Below the pieces are notes generated by a model that made no database searches, was not told the origin of the DNA, and worked only from the letters and a program-made list of their open reading frames with translations. DNA of 29,367 nt from a virus (lineage: Duplodnaviria > Caudoviricetes), in IMG/VR virus record IMGVR_UViG_3300020161_000820, positions 1 through 29,367 of that record. One strand, written 5' to 3'. The stretch's first letter is position 1; each line of letters opens with the position of its first letter. Shown piece after piece: positions 1-8,480 of the stretch. The translations under genes were made by a program, and so were the position numbers.

Positions 1-420
1 ACAGGTCGTTCGTATAGCACCCGTATGTGGGGAGAAGAACGAAGCGCAACCGTGAAAGCGGTGGGTAGGTTCTCCAGTCCTCAATTTACCATGCTCATGC
101 GTCCGTCAGAGTATTCTGCGTCTTGGTTAGACATGAACATCCCTGTTGAATACACCCCTGGACAAGTGCACTATCAAACATTTCAAGAGGGTCACCCTGA
201 ATACGAAGAGTTAGAACAAAGCATCATGAAGGAAGGTGTGCGTAGACCAGTCATAGTTGGACAGAAACAACACGTTCTGCTCCCTGATGTGTACCCTGAT
301 GCTAAGGACTTCTCTAGAACACCTGCTCGCCCAGTGTTGGACGGTCACCACCGTGCGTTTTTTGCTATTAAGCATGGTTTACATATCCCTGTAGTGCAGA
401 TAGTGCCACCACGTAGGTAA
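1..420 (+). CDS. ParB/Srx-like N-terminal domain protein (probably 5'-truncated)
   Basis: Frame is open from base 1. 'ELEQSIMKEGVRRPVIV...VLDGHHRAFFA..G...IPV' matches the ParB-N/sulfiredoxin signature. Confidence 0.7.
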   Translation, partial: TGRSYSTRMWGEERSATVKAVGRFSSPQFTMLMRPSEYSASWLDMNIPVEYTPGQVHYQTFQEGHPEYEELEQSIMKEGVRRPVIVGQKQHVLLPDVYPDAKDFSRTPARPVLDGHHRAFFAIKHGLHIPVVQIVPPRR

Positions 421-442
421 CTACAAAAAATTTCTGGTGGAG

Positions 443-448
443 TAAACT
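443..448 (+). promoter_or_regulatory. putative -10 box TAAACT, leaderless start
   Basis: TAAACT-6 nt-ATG(455); the same geometry recurs across the window. Confidence 0.55.
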
Positions 449-454
449 AAATAG

Positions 455-1234
455 ATGAGCGATTTAAGAGTTACAGATGTTCAGGCTGCATTGCGGCACC
501 TTGCCGATATTGGTCATGACATAATTAGTGACCCTTATAAACTAAAACTACATGGTAAAGAATACCAATCATTAAGCAGTAGTTTAAACATACGTAAATA
601 TTTGAGTGGCAAACCCGTTTCTGATGGTAAACCATTTGATGTGTATCACCTTTCATCTCATATTGATAATGGTGAAAGTCCCGTAATTAGCCGCATAGGA
701 ACTGGCGCAAACACTATAGGTGCGGGCCATATGCTGGAAAGAGGTGTATATTTTCACACTCCAGAAGTGCATTACACAGGTGCCAACTACCGCTCATCCT
801 GGAGCCTTCAAACAGACTCTGGTAAAAACGGTAAGTGGGTTAAAAATCACCCTTCTGGGTATTGGCTACCAACCACCGATGGTAGCATTAGCGGAAGAAT
901 ATATGGTGACTCAAAAAACATGGTAGACCATGTTAAGGGTACACATGACATGATTGCCCGACATGCTAGAGGTGATATTCCAGAACGTGGTCACTTTATA
1001 GATAGCAGTTCAGGTGATACTGCAAAGCGTGAACTTCTAACACCTGAAACTTTCCGTCATTTTGATAATATAGAGGCTACAAAGGCTTTAACAGCCCCCC
1101 TTCCCCCTCGTTACTCGTCACAAACACCTAATTTAGTACATGTCATTGTAAGAGATTCTGAGGATTACAACAAACTGTCGTCCAGTCATATCTACAACCC
1201 AGATACTGAACAATTATTTAAAGTTGAGAAATAA
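455..1234 (+). CDS. hypothetical protein, tandem paralogue 1 of 3
   Basis: 259 aa; N-term DLRVTD..GHDI and C-term YNPDTEQL are shared with the next two ORFs. Confidence 0.8.
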   Translation: MSDLRVTDVQAALRHLADIGHDIISDPYKLKLHGKEYQSLSSSLNIRKYLSGKPVSDGKPFDVYHLSSHIDNGESPVISRIGTGANTIGAGHMLERGVYFHTPEVHYTGANYRSSWSLQTDSGKNGKWVKNHPSGYWLPTTDGSISGRIYGDSKNMVDHVKGTHDMIARHARGDIPERGHFIDSSSGDTAKRELLTPETFRHFDNIEATKALTAPLPPRYSSQTPNLVHVIVRDSEDYNKLSSSHIYNPDTEQLFKVEK

Positions 1235-1995
1235 TGAATAACCTTAAAGTAACTGACCTACAAAAGATTATTCGTGGTTATATTGACCTTGGTCACGACA
1301 TTACACAAAGTCCACACCAAGTACATATAGATAATAAGCCCTACGGAATGGTTATCCACCACCAACTAACACTTGAAAAAAACAATAGCGTCTTGACTAC
1401 CTATGCCATGCAAGCCGAACGACCTATAGTGTCTAGACTTACCACGGAGTCAACAAGTTCTGTTATACCAAACCCAAAAAGCCCACTAAAAGCAGGTGTG
1501 TGGCCTATTGGAAGAGGTGTTAAGGCACTTAGCAGACACATGTATGTTTCTGACCAACGCCCAACTTCCCATAGTTATGATGACCTGGGATGGCAAAGTC
1601 ACCACTTACCCCATAGGGATATGAAAGACTGGGCTGGAGACCATGGTGAGTGGCAAAAAGAAAACGGATTGTGGATACCCCACAATTATTCACCTTATAA
1701 AGATGTGCATGAAGCCTTACAATCACATACTTCAGCAGAAGTTCCACATTATGGCGTTCTACATAATCACAATGAAATCCCAAACCAATTTAAAACTGTA
1801 AGTGAACGTATGGGACTTCGTCCTCGTGAAATGACACCTGAAGAACATTCTGCCTTCAATGACACTGAGGCGTTTCATGAACTTGCAAATGTTAAACCTT
1901 TTGCTGGGTTAGTACACGTTGAGTCTTACGGAACAGAAACTCGTGGTCATTACACTTACAACCCACAGACAGAGGAACTACACCGACATGGCTGA
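1234..1995 (+). CDS. hypothetical protein, tandem paralogue 2 of 3
   Basis: 253 aa, TAATG coupling; LKVTDLQKIIRGY..GHDITQ ... YNPQTEEL. Confidence 0.8.
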   Translation: MNNLKVTDLQKIIRGYIDLGHDITQSPHQVHIDNKPYGMVIHHQLTLEKNNSVLTTYAMQAERPIVSRLTTESTSSVIPNPKSPLKAGVWPIGRGVKALSRHMYVSDQRPTSHSYDDLGWQSHHLPHRDMKDWAGDHGEWQKENGLWIPHNYSPYKDVHEALQSHTSAEVPHYGVLHNHNEIPNQFKTVSERMGLRPREMTPEEHSAFNDTEAFHELANVKPFAGLVHVESYGTETRGHYTYNPQTEELHRHG

Positions 1996-2746
1996 TTTAA
2001 GGGTTACAGACCTACAAAAGATTATTCGTGGTTATGCTGACGCTGGTCATGACATTACACAAAACCAACATCAAGTACATGTAGATGACAAACCATATGG
2101 CATGGTTATAGGGCACAGTATGCACATAGACCGTAACAATTACGGTCCCTTTAGCGCTTTACATTCATTCATAATGCAAGCCGAACGACCTGTAGTAACA
2201 AAGATTGGCATGATTTCTTTTAGTTCAACGCACCCAGGACAAGGAGAGACCCATCACCCAAAACAAGGGGAGACACATAGAAGTATTTGGCCCCTGCATC
2301 GGACTATTGATGCACAAGCAGAACACCGTTATAAATATCTTGATTTCTCATCTAATGGTGACATTGATGCAACAGGGGTATTAAATGACATTTACAATCC
2401 TGGCAAAAAGTTGTGGACACCAAACCCTAATAGGGGGAAAATGTCGCCACATGAAGATGTGCATGAAGCATTACAAGCACACACTTCACAAGACATACCA
2501 AATGTAGGGCAGGTACTAAGTTTTAGTGAAGACACAAGAGAAATGACACCTAGAGAACATGCTTCTTTCAAAGACACTAAAGCATTTCGTGACCTTGTAG
2601 ACGTAAAACCTTTTGCTGGTTTAGTTGCAGTAAGTTATAATAATTATGATAAAGGTGATAACCGTGGAACCCACTACTACACGTATGACCCCCAAACAGA
2701 GGAATTGAAGGGTCCACGTTTTTGGGGTGACAAAAATGACGATTAA
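1988..2746 (+). CDS. hypothetical protein, tandem paralogue 3 of 3
   Basis: Start moved to ATG 1988 (MADLRVTDLQKIIRGY) by alignment with its paralogues; C-term YDPQTEEL. Confidence 0.8.
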   Translation: MADLRVTDLQKIIRGYADAGHDITQNQHQVHVDDKPYGMVIGHSMHIDRNNYGPFSALHSFIMQAERPVVTKIGMISFSSTHPGQGETHHPKQGETHRSIWPLHRTIDAQAEHRYKYLDFSSNGDIDATGVLNDIYNPGKKLWTPNPNRGKMSPHEDVHEALQAHTSQDIPNVGQVLSFSEDTREMTPREHASFKDTKAFRDLVDVKPFAGLVAVSYNNYDKGDNRGTHYYTYDPQTEELKGPRFWGDKNDD

Positions 2747-2764
2747 ATATGAGGACATTGGTTA

Positions 2765-2938
2765 ATGCCTACTTATCAATACAAATGCCCAAATGACCAT
2801 TATTACGAAGAAGAGCGGTCTATTACATCACATGAGCCTATTCTCATCTGTACTGCCTGTTCAGAGGAGATGAAGAAGGTATTTAGCGTTCCTGCGCTCA
2901 ACCTTGTCGGTAGGGGTTTCTACCGCAACGGCGGGTAG
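2765..2938 (+). CDS. FmdB-family zinc ribbon protein (57 aa, absent from ORF track)
   Basis: Translated by hand: MPTYQYKCPNDH...CTACSEEMKKVFSVPALNLVGRGFYRNGG, the typical MPxYxYxC...CxxC...GxGFY pattern; GAGGA upstream. Confidence 0.85.
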   Translation: MPTYQYKCPNDHYYEEERSITSHEPILICTACSEEMKKVFSVPALNLVGRGFYRNGG

Positions 2939-2944
2939 TACAAT
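2939..2944 (+). promoter_or_regulatory. putative -10 box TACAAT, leaderless start
   Basis: TACAAT-6 nt-ATG(2951). Confidence 0.55.
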
Positions 2945-2950
2945 AGTTCT

Positions 2951-3181
2951 ATGAAACAAATCCTTTTGCGTATCTGTGCCACTTTTGCTGCTACTGGTCT
3001 TTCTGTAGTTGGCGCTGGCGCTATTGCTGGTGTTCCACTATGGAAAGCAATTATGATGTCTGGTATTGGTGGAGTAAGTTTTGTTGTTGAGGGTCTTGCA
3101 CGAGCCTATATGGATGATGGTAAATTAACATTTAATGAGATTAATGATGTTTTCAACAAAGTTGATAAGAAAGCAAAGTAA
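2951..3181 (+). CDS. small two-TM membrane protein (holin-like)
   Basis: 76 aa with two hydrophobic segments and a charged C-terminus; holin function is inference only. Confidence 0.6.
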   Translation: MKQILLRICATFAATGLSVVGAGAIAGVPLWKAIMMSGIGGVSFVVEGLARAYMDDGKLTFNEINDVFNKVDKKAK

Positions 3182-3336
3182 TGGCAACTTCTAAGCATTG
3201 GGGGGACCCTGAAGAAGACGCATACGCAGATGATGAGGGAAACATCCTGTATTACGATAAGCAAGGTAAATTGCGTAAATTTAAAGCAACTGCTGTTGAA
3301 TACCAGCAGATGTACCACTACCACGAGGATAACTAA
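3181..3336 (+). CDS. hypothetical protein (51 aa, absent from ORF track)
   Basis: MATSKHWGDPEED...YHEDN; fills the gap exactly, with TAATG overlaps at both ends. Confidence 0.7.
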   Translation: MATSKHWGDPEEDAYADDEGNILYYDKQGKLRKFKATAVEYQQMYHYHEDN

Positions 3337-3638
3337 TGGCTAGGAACAAAGGGCTTGACCCAGAAGGTGATGGACCTGGATTTAGGGACGATGACTCCCA
3401 CTTTCAGTTAAGTGGTGATGAAGCACAGGATTACGCCATAAAAAAGGCAAATGCTGAGAAAAGCGCTAAACCTAAAAAAGAACGTAAGCCTAGTAAGGCA
3501 AGAATTGCTCGTGGTCTTAGGGCTCAACAGCATATGAACGCAACACAGTTTCGTGAACCTGAAGACCGTGGTCCTAGACCTGATTATGTTCCACCTGCTC
3601 CTGGTGAACCAGGTGGACCACCATTACCAAAACTTTAG
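3336..3638 (+). CDS. hypothetical, low-complexity/disordered protein
   Basis: 100 aa; acidic, then basic, then Pro-rich; TAATG-coupled. Confidence 0.7.
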   Translation: MARNKGLDPEGDGPGFRDDDSHFQLSGDEAQDYAIKKANAEKSAKPKKERKPSKARIARGLRAQQHMNATQFREPEDRGPRPDYVPPAPGEPGGPPLPKL

Positions 3639-4493
3639 TACTGAGCGTCTAATACCTTCTTCTAAAGATACTTTAGGGGTATAGAAACTAAGCATCTTAG
3701 AAGAATCAGAGCAACGGTAAGCAACACCTTCAGGAGCATCAATTTTGTGCTCATACATAGTTGTGTAACCTACTTCTTTGCAAACCAACTCTGCTAGTTC
3801 ATTGAACGTAGTAGGTCTACCTAATCCAAGGTTTACAGGTCCTTGTACATCAAGTTCTACAGCCTTGAGAGTAGCGGCAACCACATCTTCAATATGTATA
3901 AAATCACGCACTTGCTTACCAGTTCCCCAAATAACAAACGGGTTGTACTTATGTACACCACGATGGATGAAAGATGGGAATGGATAAGTTAAATCTTGGT
4001 CTTCTCCATACCCTGAAAATGGGCGAAACACATGAACACGAAGACCTTCTTGCTCTGCGTACTTTGCAAGAATCTCACCAGTTAATTTAGCCCAGCCATA
4101 AGTAAGGTCTGGTAAACGGACATTATCTAGGTCAATGTCAGATTCTATGAGTTTGTGGGCGCTTCCGTACCCTTGAAGGTCAATAGGGTAAGCAGCAGAC
4201 GATGAGTAGTACACAACATGGTCTGGCTTGGTGCGTAGTGCCCATTGGAACATATCGGAATCAATAGCAAGGTCAGTAGCAACTTTTAGTGGGTTTCCTT
4301 CAATTGTTGCTCTACCACCAACAATTGCGGCTAAATGAATGACTAAGTCAAACTTAGTGCTATCTTCAGCAAAGAACTTGCGAGCGTCCAAACTATTCAC
4401 GATGTCTACACATGTGATGTCATGCTTGTCATCTAGTTGGCGGTGGAACTCACGACCAACAAAACCAGCATCTCCAGTAATTAAAATCTTCAT
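3624..4493 (-). CDS. NAD-dependent nucleotide-sugar epimerase/dehydratase (extended SDR)
   Basis: ILITGDAGFVG Rossmann motif, HLAA, SSSAAY, YGWAK (YxxxK), RDFIHIEDV. Confidence 0.93.
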   Translation of the reverse strand: MKILITGDAGFVGREFHRQLDDKHDITCVDIVNSLDARKFFAEDSTKFDLVIHLAAIVGGRATIEGNPLKVATDLAIDSDMFQWALRTKPDHVVYYSSSAAYPIDLQGYGSAHKLIESDIDLDNVRLPDLTYGWAKLTGEILAKYAEQEGLRVHVFRPFSGYGEDQDLTYPFPSFIHRGVHKYNPFVIWGTGKQVRDFIHIEDVVAATLKAVELDVQGPVNLGLGRPTTFNELAELVCKEVGYTTMYEHKIDAPEGVAYRCSDSSKMLSFYTPKVSLEEGIRRSVLKFW

Positions 4494-4499
4494 GTATAT

Positions 4500-4505
4500 A
4501 TTCTA
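4500..4505 (-). promoter_or_regulatory. putative -10 box TAGAAT, leaderless start
   Basis: On the - strand, TAGAAT-6 nt-ATG(4493); the box contains the upstream gene's TAG stop. Confidence 0.5.
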
Positions 4506-5198
4506 ATCACGAACTACTGTCATGTCATGACCACGGGTTTCAATTGCCCCAATAGTTTCTGGAAAATGTGCTGCACGGATGTCAGTGCGCACATGGGTAG
4601 GGATACCTAACAGCGTCTTTGCGTCATGGTGGTAACAAGGGTCATCTGACATACCTGTATCAAAATCCCAGCGCCAGCGAATCTTAGTGAATACTTCACG
4701 GGCAATCATAATTGCGGCTGCTGAGGCCATAGCGTCCATAACAGGGAATGGGTAACTGTCTACAACAGGACCAGTCAATCCATAGGTTGAAATAAACGGT
4801 GCTGTAAGTGGATAATTCATTTCCAGCAATTTTGGCAATACATCGTCAGATGGTTGGCAATCTGCGGCTAGGAACAGTAAATGTGAGCAGTTAGGGTGCG
4901 ACTGTGCAAAGTCAACAACAAGGTTTTGACCAATAACAATGTGACGAAGACGGTTAGCGGTTGTGACACTTGTACGACCATCATCCAATGAGTATGTCCA
5001 ATACTCACCACCAATCTCAGCAAGTCGGTCCAGTAAAGGCTGAAAAGGCTCCAAACCACGTTTGTCTACTTGAATAGCCACAAAATACTGTACTTCTGGA
5101 TGAGTGCTTTTCACAGCCTCAGCATTACGCATCCAAGATGCCCAAGTGTCCTCTTGGTCCATAACAAATGCAGCCATTGTAGTACCTACAACAATCAT
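4503..5198 (-). CDS. putative GT-A (family 2-like) glycosyltransferase
   Basis: GQN...HLLFLAAD (degenerate DxD), LPKLLE, MIAREVF..IRWR, SDDP (ED-like); adjacent to the epimerase; SD AGGAGA. Confidence 0.65.
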   Translation of the reverse strand: MIVVGTTMAAFVMDQEDTWASWMRNAEAVKSTHPEVQYFVAIQVDKRGLEPFQPLLDRLAEIGGEYWTYSLDDGRTSVTTANRLRHIVIGQNLVVDFAQSHPNCSHLLFLAADCQPSDDVLPKLLEMNYPLTAPFISTYGLTGPVVDSYPFPVMDAMASAAAIMIAREVFTKIRWRWDFDTGMSDDPCYHHDAKTLLGIPTHVRTDIRAAHFPETIGAIETRGHDMTVVRD

Positions 5199-5226
5199 CT
5201 TATTCTCCTATTCGGTTTGTCTGATG

Positions 5227-5232
5227 TAAACT
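5227..5232 (+). promoter_or_regulatory. putative -10 box TAAACT, leaderless start
   Basis: TAAACT-7 nt-ATG(5240); overlaps a divergent TATAGT on the - strand (5230-5235). Confidence 0.55.
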
Positions 5233-5239
5233 ATATACC

Positions 5240-5584
5240 ATGGCAAAAGAACACCTCAACTACGAGCAAATGAATTTGACTCATGGTCACATTAAAAGTT
5301 TAACAGGTCACAAAGGTATGCAAGGGTTACTAAAACATTTAGTAGACAACTCCCCCGCTAGAGTTATTGCTACTGGGGGAGGTAACCATCATGTTAAATT
5401 ATATTTTGAAAATGATGGTCTTATAACAATGGCAAGTAGCCCCAGTGACTCACATGCTGTAGAAAATGCTGACAAGCAAATTCGCAGGTCTTTAGCCTCA
5501 CACGGTATAGAGTACCAAACAATGTCTGAAATTAAACGCAATAAAAAGAAACAAAAAGATGAGCCAGTGGTAGAACCAGAATGA
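5240..5584 (+). CDS. HicA-like toxin / dsRBD-fold RNase
   Basis: GGNHHVKLY..DG.ITMASSPSD....NA..QIRR resembles the HxK...(T/S)PSD...N..R pattern of actinophage HicA-like proteins. Confidence 0.65.
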   Translation: MAKEHLNYEQMNLTHGHIKSLTGHKGMQGLLKHLVDNSPARVIATGGGNHHVKLYFENDGLITMASSPSDSHAVENADKQIRRSLASHGIEYQTMSEIKRNKKKQKDEPVVEPE

Positions 5585-5736
5585 TTGTTACATATCCTAT
5601 TCATACTGAGTCTTATGGTAATGCCCTTAAATTGGCAGAAAGCATGGCTAAGTCACATGGTTTTAAAACTTCTAGACTTTTAGGCATTACAAAAACTGGA
5701 AATGGTACTTGGGATGTAAGGATGTTGGTGTCATGA
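5581..5736 (+). CDS. hypothetical protein (51 aa, absent from ORF track)
   Basis: MIVTYPIHTESYGNALKLAE...WDVRMLVS; ATGA overlaps at both ends. Confidence 0.7.
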   Translation: MIVTYPIHTESYGNALKLAESMAKSHGFKTSRLLGITKTGNGTWDVRMLVS

Positions 5737-7409
5737 CCGTTGGAAGACAGTTTGAAAATACATTTTGGCAAGACCCAGATACAAATGAAACACATGTTTG
5801 GACTAGAGGAACTCCTCAACCAAATATAACTCCTTCTGGTCGCCCTCTTCATCAAACAACAACACTTAACTCCGTTTATGGTTCGTCAAACGAAGACCTT
5901 GGTGCTGGGTCACAAGGTTTACAAGGATTATTGTTTCATCCTTTAACTGGTACGGGTCTTAAAGGTGATTCAATGGTTCCAGATACTGTGCGTAGAGAAA
6001 CCATTCAAAAGGCTTTGGACTTAACTAGCGTTGAAGGTTACAAGAAAAACTTATCAAATATTTTGGGAAGACGTACTAGTAGGTCTACAAGGCGAAATTA
6101 CGCACACAAGGTAGAAAGAGCCAATATCTCCGACAAAGGTGCGGAAACACACATTCGTAGGTTGACTGACACGCTAGACCAGTCAGATATGCCAACTCAC
6201 ATTATTGCTAAAAAGAAAACCCCTACTAAAACAATATTAGACCCTCTTCCAGGTCGTGCTTACGCCGAATCTAGTGGTCGTGCTATCCGCCTGACTACCC
6301 CACATGATAGCAAAACTAAAACAGTTATAAGTAAAGAAACAGTTAATATCCCTTCAGACACCCCAATTGGTAACCCTAAATTTTGGAGCCACCTAAATAA
6401 TGTACTTGGAGATGACCACAACTCAATATCGGCAGATGACGCTTTTGACTTAGCAACTCATTGGGTGCACCCAGAGACTGGGCATGTAATGACTGGGGAA
6501 TACGCCCAAAACATACCATTTGTAAGTGAACACCAAGATGCAGAAAACCCCGTGCAAACCCCAGCATTAATGTTAAGGGATTGGGGTTATGTACCTAACC
6601 TATTTCCAGGTAAGGGTAATGCAGCCGCTAAATCTCATTCAGTTGGTAGAGTCGGTAAAATTGAAACTGGTTATGGTGACTTTGACCGTGGCGATGGTTA
6701 TAGGCGGGCAACCTTTCACAACAGGTTTACACCAAGCGACAAACAAGAAGAAAAAACCATTGTTAGCCGTGTGCGTACAGAACCAGCCTTAAATCAAGAA
6801 ACAATGGTGCATGAACTAGGTCATGCTATGGACCCAAACATAGGTGAAAGTACTACTAACCGTGGTAGGTACGAATATGGTCGTGCAAAACACACAGTTA
6901 TAGCGGACCCCATAGAAGAAGGCGTAGCAGATGCTTCCGCAGACCGTTATACCCGTTACAAAGGTCAATTTCAAGACACACTTGCAAATAATGAACAACG
7001 CCTAAAAGATTTTCAAAGTAATGGTTATACGATTAACTATTCAGGGTGGAAAAACAAAACACAAAGTGCTTTGTACGCAGCCACTCGTTACCATACCGCT
7101 TTGGCTGACAACATGAGTCACCCACAACAAATGCCAAACCGTGACCAACTTATTGATGCTTTGCCAGAACAAGAACGTAATGCTGTTAAAAGTACAAGAG
7201 GTAGTGAACGTTTTCCAGGTAACCAATTCTTGGATACCGCTAACAGTTTGGCTCTTGGTCATTTGTACCATCACATGCCACATGTTCGTGGAATCTTAAA
7301 GCAGGCTGGTTTAGAAGATACTGCTCTTGTGGCTCATGCCGATTACAAGAAACGTATGGGTTTAGATGTTCAACATCCAGTATTGCCAGGGATGGAAGAC
7401 TTTGTCTGA
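5733..7409 (+). CDS. large protein with zincin-like metallopeptidase motif
   Basis: TMVHELGHAMD (HExxH) plus downstream EEGVAD third-ligand motif; start set to ATG 5733 by ATGA coupling. Confidence 0.65.
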   Translation: MTVGRQFENTFWQDPDTNETHVWTRGTPQPNITPSGRPLHQTTTLNSVYGSSNEDLGAGSQGLQGLLFHPLTGTGLKGDSMVPDTVRRETIQKALDLTSVEGYKKNLSNILGRRTSRSTRRNYAHKVERANISDKGAETHIRRLTDTLDQSDMPTHIIAKKKTPTKTILDPLPGRAYAESSGRAIRLTTPHDSKTKTVISKETVNIPSDTPIGNPKFWSHLNNVLGDDHNSISADDAFDLATHWVHPETGHVMTGEYAQNIPFVSEHQDAENPVQTPALMLRDWGYVPNLFPGKGNAAAKSHSVGRVGKIETGYGDFDRGDGYRRATFHNRFTPSDKQEEKTIVSRVRTEPALNQETMVHELGHAMDPNIGESTTNRGRYEYGRAKHTVIADPIEEGVADASADRYTRYKGQFQDTLANNEQRLKDFQSNGYTINYSGWKNKTQSALYAATRYHTALADNMSHPQQMPNRDQLIDALPEQERNAVKSTRGSERFPGNQFLDTANSLALGHLYHHMPHVRGILKQAGLEDTALVAHADYKKRMGLDVQHPVLPGMEDFV

Positions 7410-7533
7410 TGAGAAAGTCTGTGACCTGTCTGAGCAATGCGTGTGGTGTGGCGGTCAAATGCGCCCTGAACACGCTCATTATCGGTGCGAATCTTGTGGC
7501 TCTAGGGACTCTTGTTGTGAGGGAGTTTATTGA
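7402..7533 (+). CDS. small Cys-rich zinc-finger protein (43 aa, absent from ORF track)
   Basis: TTG start; (M)SDEKVCDLSEQCVWCGGQMRPEHAHYRCESCGSRDSCCEGVY has two CxxC plus CC; coupled to the next gene by TGATG. Confidence 0.7.
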   Translation: MSDEKVCDLSEQCVWCGGQMRPEHAHYRCESCGSRDSCCEGVY

Positions 7534-7778
7534 TGAGCGCTAGTGACCACCTACACGGTAAACAGTTTTGGCATGGAAGCCCTGTGAATTTTAAATCAGG
7601 TGACATTATTGAAGGTAATAGAAGCGTTCATGGTGTTGCATTTGCAACTGATGACCGTGAAAGAGCAAGTGCTTATGGCGACCCCTATGAGGTAGAACCT
7701 GTAAACCATGCTGATGTCAAACAAGTACATGAAGGCAGTTGGGAATTTACTAGCCCATCTGGATGGAAAGTTAAATAA
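7533..7778 (+). CDS. minimal ADP-ribosyltransferase, Arr (rifampin ART)-like fold
   Basis: FWHGS...FKSGDII, AFAT, YEVEP, EFTS...WKV parallel the Arr motifs FYHGT..L..GDLL, YFT, YxVEP, SYRS..LRV. Confidence 0.6.
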   Translation: MSASDHLHGKQFWHGSPVNFKSGDIIEGNRSVHGVAFATDDRERASAYGDPYEVEPVNHADVKQVHEGSWEFTSPSGWKVK

Positions 7779-8467
7779 TGAGCGCTAATGAGCATGTAAG
7801 CGAGCAATTTAAAGGGCATACCGACCCAAATGTCCATTGGTCTGAAAACTGGGCAAATAACCTTCGTGAAGCAAAAGTTTTTAGTAATGATAGCCGTAGT
7901 CACATACGTGGTTCCGTATTTGACTCACCACTTAATCAATGGGTGAACTCTTCCTGGCATCAACCAGCACCCTTTCCTACGGAAGCACTCCAACATATGG
8001 ACAGTCGTTTGGGTGAATATGGTGATAAAGAGCATTGGGACTCAAACCCTGAAATAGCACAAAGACAAGCAACCATACGAAAAAGACCTGATGTACGAAC
8101 ACTTGATGTAAACACAGCACACCCTGAATATTTACATGAGCAAATGAAAGGGACAGGAGTACCAGAGCATGTAACTGTTTACCATCATGGTGACATTCCT
8201 GCTAATGCTAAGTATGCAAGTGGTTCGCTTGACCCAACTTGGCCTGAAGACGTTAGAACAGGGTGGAGAAGCACAGACCCTTCTATTAACAAAGGACGCT
8301 TACACATATATTTAGTACCACATCAAGATATTCTTCATGCAGGGTCGGGTTCTGAAAATGAAGTGTTTTTTAGGCGTGGCACTCAATTTAATAAAACTAA
8401 GCGCACTAAAAAACAACAACAACGAGTTGCTTGGGCTTTAGAAGACCGAATGGACTATAATTATTAA
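7778..8467 (+). CDS. putative ADP-ribosyltransferase-fold protein
   Basis: C-terminal half has VTVYHHG, YASGSLD, GRLHIYLVP..DIL and ENEV, in the order of the ART (R/H)-S-ExE elements. Confidence 0.5.
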   Translation: MSANEHVSEQFKGHTDPNVHWSENWANNLREAKVFSNDSRSHIRGSVFDSPLNQWVNSSWHQPAPFPTEALQHMDSRLGEYGDKEHWDSNPEIAQRQATIRKRPDVRTLDVNTAHPEYLHEQMKGTGVPEHVTVYHHGDIPANAKYASGSLDPTWPEDVRTGWRSTDPSINKGRLHIYLVPHQDILHAGSGSENEVFFRRGTQFNKTKRTKKQQQRVAWALEDRMDYNY

Positions 8468-8480
8468 TGAGGTTCTTACC

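Noticed and set aside
1919-1987. N-terminal extension of the third paralogue given by the ORF track
   Set aside because: It overlaps the previous gene; homology begins at ATG 1988.
7533-7778. Bona fide rifampicin-resistance gene arr
   Set aside because: Much shorter than Arr and lacks the DPN...FPGNPT substrate loop; only the fold-level call is kept.
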